DNA of 64,000 nt from an uncultured delta proteobacterium (GTDB taxonomy: Bacteria; Desulfobacterota; Syntrophia; Syntrophales; UBA2185), in the NCBI GenBank assembly GCA_963729715.1, contig CAVSPA010000005.1, forward strand, positions 288,001 to 352,000, read 5' to 3'. Position 1 is the first letter of the stretch, and the number at the start of each line of letters is the position of its first letter. The notes under the pieces were generated by a model, which saw only the letters and a program-made list of their open reading frames with translations, was not told the DNA's origin and did no database searches. This document shows positions 60,816-64,000 of this stretch, in pieces. The position numbers were made by a program, and so were the translations under genes.

Positions 60816-61364
60816 TCACCCCTTCTTATATTTCTTGACATTCTCGATATAAAGGTCATTCCCCTTTGTGTCATTAATGACAATAACAGGGAAATCCACT
60901 ACCTCAAGTTTACGGATGGCTTCAGGCCCCAGATCATCAAAGGCAATGACTTCCGCTTTCTTGACTGCCTGGGCCATAAGGGCTCCTGCCCCTCCCGTCG
61001 CCCCCAGATAGACACAACCATATTTTTTCATTGCCTCTTTGACTTCCACAGCTCTTGGACCCTTTCCGATCATGCCCCTTAATCCCTTCTCGATGAGCCT
61101 GGGAGCATAGGCGTCCATGCGGTAGCTCGTCGTCGGTCCGGCTGCCCCGATGGGACGCCCGGGAGGTGACGGTGTTGGTCCCACGTAAAATATAACTGAT
61201 CCATTAACATCAAAGGGGAGAGGCTTATTACTGTCTAACAGGTCAACGAGCCTCTTATGGGCTGCGTCCCGACCCGTATAGATCGTTCCTGTAATAAGAA
61301 CCTTGTCTCCTGCTTCAAGGGCGTCTACGTCTTCTCTTTTAAGAGGCGGCTTAAGTATCTTCAA
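60816..61364 (-). CDS. Class I fumarate hydratase beta subunit
   Basis: GRDAAH, GPTTSYRM, IGKG, DLGPEA. Confidence 0.93.
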   Translation of the reverse strand: MKILKPPLKREDVDALEAGDKVLITGTIYTGRDAAHKRLVDLLDSNKPLPFDVNGSVIFYVGPTPSPPGRPIGAAGPTTSYRMDAYAPRLIEKGLRGMIGKGPRAVEVKEAMKKYGCVYLGATGGAGALMAQAVKKAEVIAFDDLGPEAIRKLEVVDFPVIVINDTKGNDLYIENVKKYKKG

Positions 61365-61379
61365 TGTTCTCTCCCTCCT

Positions 61380-62219
61380 TTAAAAGTCGATCTCTGCATG
61401 CCGACTTGAATGGCAGTTAATGTTCACCGCGAGGGGAAGACTCGCAATGTGACAGGGTTCCATGATTACGTGGACATCGAGGGCCGTTATTCTTCCTCCC
61501 AAGCCTCCCGGACCAATTCCCAAATCATTGATCTTTTTGAGCATGCTTTCTTCCATTTCTGCCAGCTCTGGCTCCGGATTCCTTTTCCCGATTGGTTCAA
61601 GAAGAGCCTTCTTAGCGATGAGTGCTGCCCGTTCGAAGGTTCCCCCGACGCCGACACCGACAATGATGGGCGGGCATGGATTGGCCTGAGCCTCCCACAC
61701 CCGCTGCACGACAAAATCCTCAATCCCCTTCCTGCCATCTGAGGGCCTGAGCATAGTTACTCTGCTCATATTTTCACTTCCGCCCCCCTTGGCACAGAAA
61801 ACAATTTTTAACTTATCTCCTTTAACGATATCACAATGGATAATCGCGGGAGTATTATCTCCCGTGTTCTTCCGGGTTAAGGGATTACAGGCAGATTTCC
61901 GGAGATACGCATCTCCATAAGCTTCTCTTGTGGCCTCGTTCAAGGCATCAAAGAGAAGCCCTCCTTTAATCTTTACTTCGTCACCGATTTCAACGAAGAA
62001 GACAGCCAGTCCTGTGTCCTGGCAAAGGGGAATCTTTTTCTCCTGGGCGATTTCAGCGTTTTCGAGAAGCTGATTCAGAATCTCTTTCCCCAGAGGGGAT
62101 TCTTCTTCTGCCAAGGCGCGCCTGAAACTAGCCATGAGGTCATCTCCGGCAATGAAGGCCGCATCCATAATGGCCGCTTTCACCTTCTTCTTAACTGTGT
62201 TAAAAGGAATGGAACGCAT
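61380..62219 (-). CDS. Class I fumarate hydratase alpha subunit
   Basis: PLCQDTG, KGGGSEN, PCPP, HIASLP, CHSSRH. Confidence 0.93.
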   Translation of the reverse strand: MRSIPFNTVKKKVKAAIMDAAFIAGDDLMASFRRALAEEESPLGKEILNQLLENAEIAQEKKIPLCQDTGLAVFFVEIGDEVKIKGGLLFDALNEATREAYGDAYLRKSACNPLTRKNTGDNTPAIIHCDIVKGDKLKIVFCAKGGGSENMSRVTMLRPSDGRKGIEDFVVQRVWEAQANPCPPIIVGVGVGGTFERAALIAKKALLEPIGKRNPEPELAEMEESMLKKINDLGIGPGGLGGRITALDVHVIMEPCHIASLPLAVNINCHSSRHAEIDF

Positions 62220-62236
62220 TTGTACTCCCTCCCATT

Positions 62237-62473
62237 TTATCCGATATCTACCAGTACTTGTCCAACCGCTACGGAGTCGCCAGATTTTACATGAATACTC
62301 TTCACCTCCCCGTCAACCGGAGAGGGGAGAGGATTCTGCATTTTCATGGCTTCCAAGGTCACGACCTCCTGTCCTGCCTTCACCTTGTCACCTACCTTGC
62401 AGGTGACTTCAACTATAATACCAGGCATGGGCGCTGTTACTGAGCCGGCACCTGCTTTTGCTGTGGAATTCAT
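62237..62473 (-). CDS. Stand-alone biotin carboxyl carrier protein
   Basis: APMPG, LEAMKMQN; own SD AGGAGGT. Confidence 0.9.
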   Translation of the reverse strand: MNSTAKAGAGSVTAPMPGIIVEVTCKVGDKVKAGQEVVTLEAMKMQNPLPSPVDGEVKSIHVKSGDSVAVGQVLVDIG

Positions 62474-62715
62474 TTACACTACCTCCTACTTTATCCGATA
62501 TTAACAAGAACCTGTCCAACTGCTACGGAGTCACCAGACTTTACATGAATACTCTTCACCTCCCCGTCAACCGGAGCAGCAAGAGGATTCTGCATTTTCA
62601 TGGCCTCCAGGATCACGACCTGCTGTCCTGCCTTCACCTTGTCACCTACCTTGCATGTAACGTCAACAATAAGACCGGGCATGGGCGCTGTTACTGATCC
62701 GGCGCCTGCTTTTGC
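62237..62715 (-). repeat. Tandem duplication (about 225 bp) of the biotinyl-domain coding sequence
   Basis: 62237..62461 aligns without gaps to 62491..62715, stop codon included. Confidence 0.9.
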
Positions 62716-64000
62716 AGCTGGCGCTGCGGCCGGCGCTGGAGCCGCTGCAGGTCTTGGAGCCGCCGGTGCTGCTGCTCTCGCTGGTGCCGCAGGTTTCGGA
62801 GCCGCCGGTGCTGCCGCTGGTTTCGGCGGTGCGGCAACCTGCGTTACCGCAGGAGCTGCAATCATCGCCCCTCCTTCCGCTTCTACTTCTACTGCATAGT
62901 AACTGTCATCGACAAAGACGTTGAATTTCCGGATGCCGGCGCCTTTTTCGGGCGCTACCTTTTCGGGTTTTTCCACAAGTTTCCCCGCCAAGGCTTTCTT
63001 AATCAGTTCGTCTTCTTTCTTTACTTCTTCAATAGTCTTTGGCTTGGCCTCTTTGGGAACGGGCTCGAGACCATACTTCCATTTGAGGAATCTCAATCCC
63101 GTCTGCGGATAGAGGGCGTAAATGAGAACATCTCCTTTGTTTTTCGCGATATCTTTTGTCGCTTCTCTCGCTTTTTCCATTTCCGGATCTAACGCGTCTG
63201 CGGCACGGTTCGTCATGGGGGTCTCGCCACGCTTATAACCTTTCAGACACAGCTTCTGAACAGTTGGATCGATTGGTGCGGGCGGTGCACCATAGAGACC
63301 GAAACAGTAGTCCTTAACTTCCGAGGTAATCATCTTGTAACGCCCCATGAGCACGTTCATAACGGCCTGGATACCGACAATCTGGCTGGTTGGAGTGACC
63401 AGAGGAGGATATCCTAGCTCTTTCCGGGTCTGGGGAAGTTCGGCATACACCTCATTGATTCGATGCAGAGCATTTTGTTCCCTCAGATTAGACACGAGGT
63501 TGGTCTGCATGCCGCCGGGGACCTGATGGAGCAACACACCGGCATCGATGACTGCCATTCTTGTGGTGTCGAGGAACTGACGGTACTTCGGAGCAATCGT
63601 TTCCACATAATTGCCAATCTCGACAATCTTTCTCAGATCCAGACCGATTTCCCGATCTGTGCCTTCGAGGGCAACGAGGAGCGGTTCAATAGCGGGCTGG
63701 GAGGATCGCAGAGCAAAGGGAGACAGCGCCGTATCGACAATATCTACACCAGCTTCCGCAGCCTTCAGGAGTGCCATTGAACCCTGGCCGCTGGTGTAGT
63801 GGGTATGGAGCTCTATGGGAATCTTGATAGCTGCCTTCAGGGCTTTTACCAGTTCATAGGCGTCATAGGGAGAAATCAACCCTGCCATATCCTTGATACA
63901 GAAGGAGTCCGCGCCCATCTCTTCGATAATCTTCGCCTTCTTTACATAGTATTCGAGATCGTACACTTCACCACCCATGCGCCTCTGGGTCAGGGAGTAG
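62491..64000 (-). CDS. pycB: Pyruvate carboxylase subunit B / oxaloacetate carboxyltransferase with C-terminal biotinyl domain (5' end beyond the window)
   Basis: IKDMAG, LHTH, HQVPGG, PLVTPTSQIVG, Ala/Pro linker, EAMKM. Confidence 0.9.
   Translation of the reverse strand, partial: YSLTQRRMGGEVYDLEYYVKKAKIIEEMGADSFCIKDMAGLISPYDAYELVKALKAAIKIPIELHTHYTSGQGSMALLKAAEAGVDIVDTALSPFALRSSQPAIEPLLVALEGTDREIGLDLRKIVEIGNYVETIAPKYRQFLDTTRMAVIDAGVLLHQVPGGMQTNLVSNLREQNALHRINEVYAELPQTRKELGYPPLVTPTSQIVGIQAVMNVLMGRYKMITSEVKDYCFGLYGAPPAPIDPTVQKLCLKGYKRGETPMTNRAADALDPEMEKAREATKDIAKNKGDVLIYALYPQTGLRFLKWKYGLEPVPKEAKPKTIEEVKKEDELIKKALAGKLVEKPEKVAPEKGAGIRKFNVFVDDSYYAVEVEAEGGAMIAAPAVTQVAAPPKPAAAPAAPKPAAPARAAAPAAPRPAAAPAPAAAPAAKAGAGSVTAPMPGLIVDVTCKVGDKVKAGQQVVILEAMKMQNPLAAPVDGEVKSIHVKSGDSVAVGQVLVNIG

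Noticed and set aside
62716..62860. GC-rich short repeats resembling a repeat array
   Set aside because: They encode the ordinary Ala/Pro linker (AAPAAPKP) of the biotin carboxylase subunit.

Overview
Core chromosome of an anaerobic deltaproteobacterium. Gene content suggests Syntrophales (Syntrophus/Smithella-like); this is an inference. Left to right: (1) a minus-strand type IV minor pilin operon (dsbC-fimT-pilV-pilW-pilX-hyp-pilY1, the last cut by the window edge) under a c-di-GMP-I riboswitch with sigma54- and sigma28-like promoters; (2) housekeeping genes (TPR protein, M24 peptidase, gcvH, lipoate ligase, hisC, rpsU, LOG, holA, rpe, waaA); (3) four TMTC-like GT-C/TPR membrane proteins plus a decayed fifth copy; (4) a four-subunit 2-oxoacid:ferredoxin oxidoreductase operon preceded by an apparent leucine attenuator; (5) hflX with a probable ATC start, an FmdB protein and a porin; (6) a BirA-controlled biotin locus with no bioC/H/W/I/Z in the window but its own fatty-acid-synthase-like module (split FabZ pair, FabG, extended ACP, nitroreductase-fold protein, FabF); (7) acs-etfB-etfA-membrane Fe-S oxidoreductase; (8) an IS with doubled terminal repeats; (9) acyl-CoA ligases, thiolase, apgM, folD; (10) a carboxyltransferase-BCCP-fumarase-sdhACDB-mdh operon. 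The best leads are the biotin/pimelate module and the Leu-attenuated oxidoreductase. No tRNA, rRNA or CRISPR array was seen. All calls come from motif recognition by eye; no searches were run.
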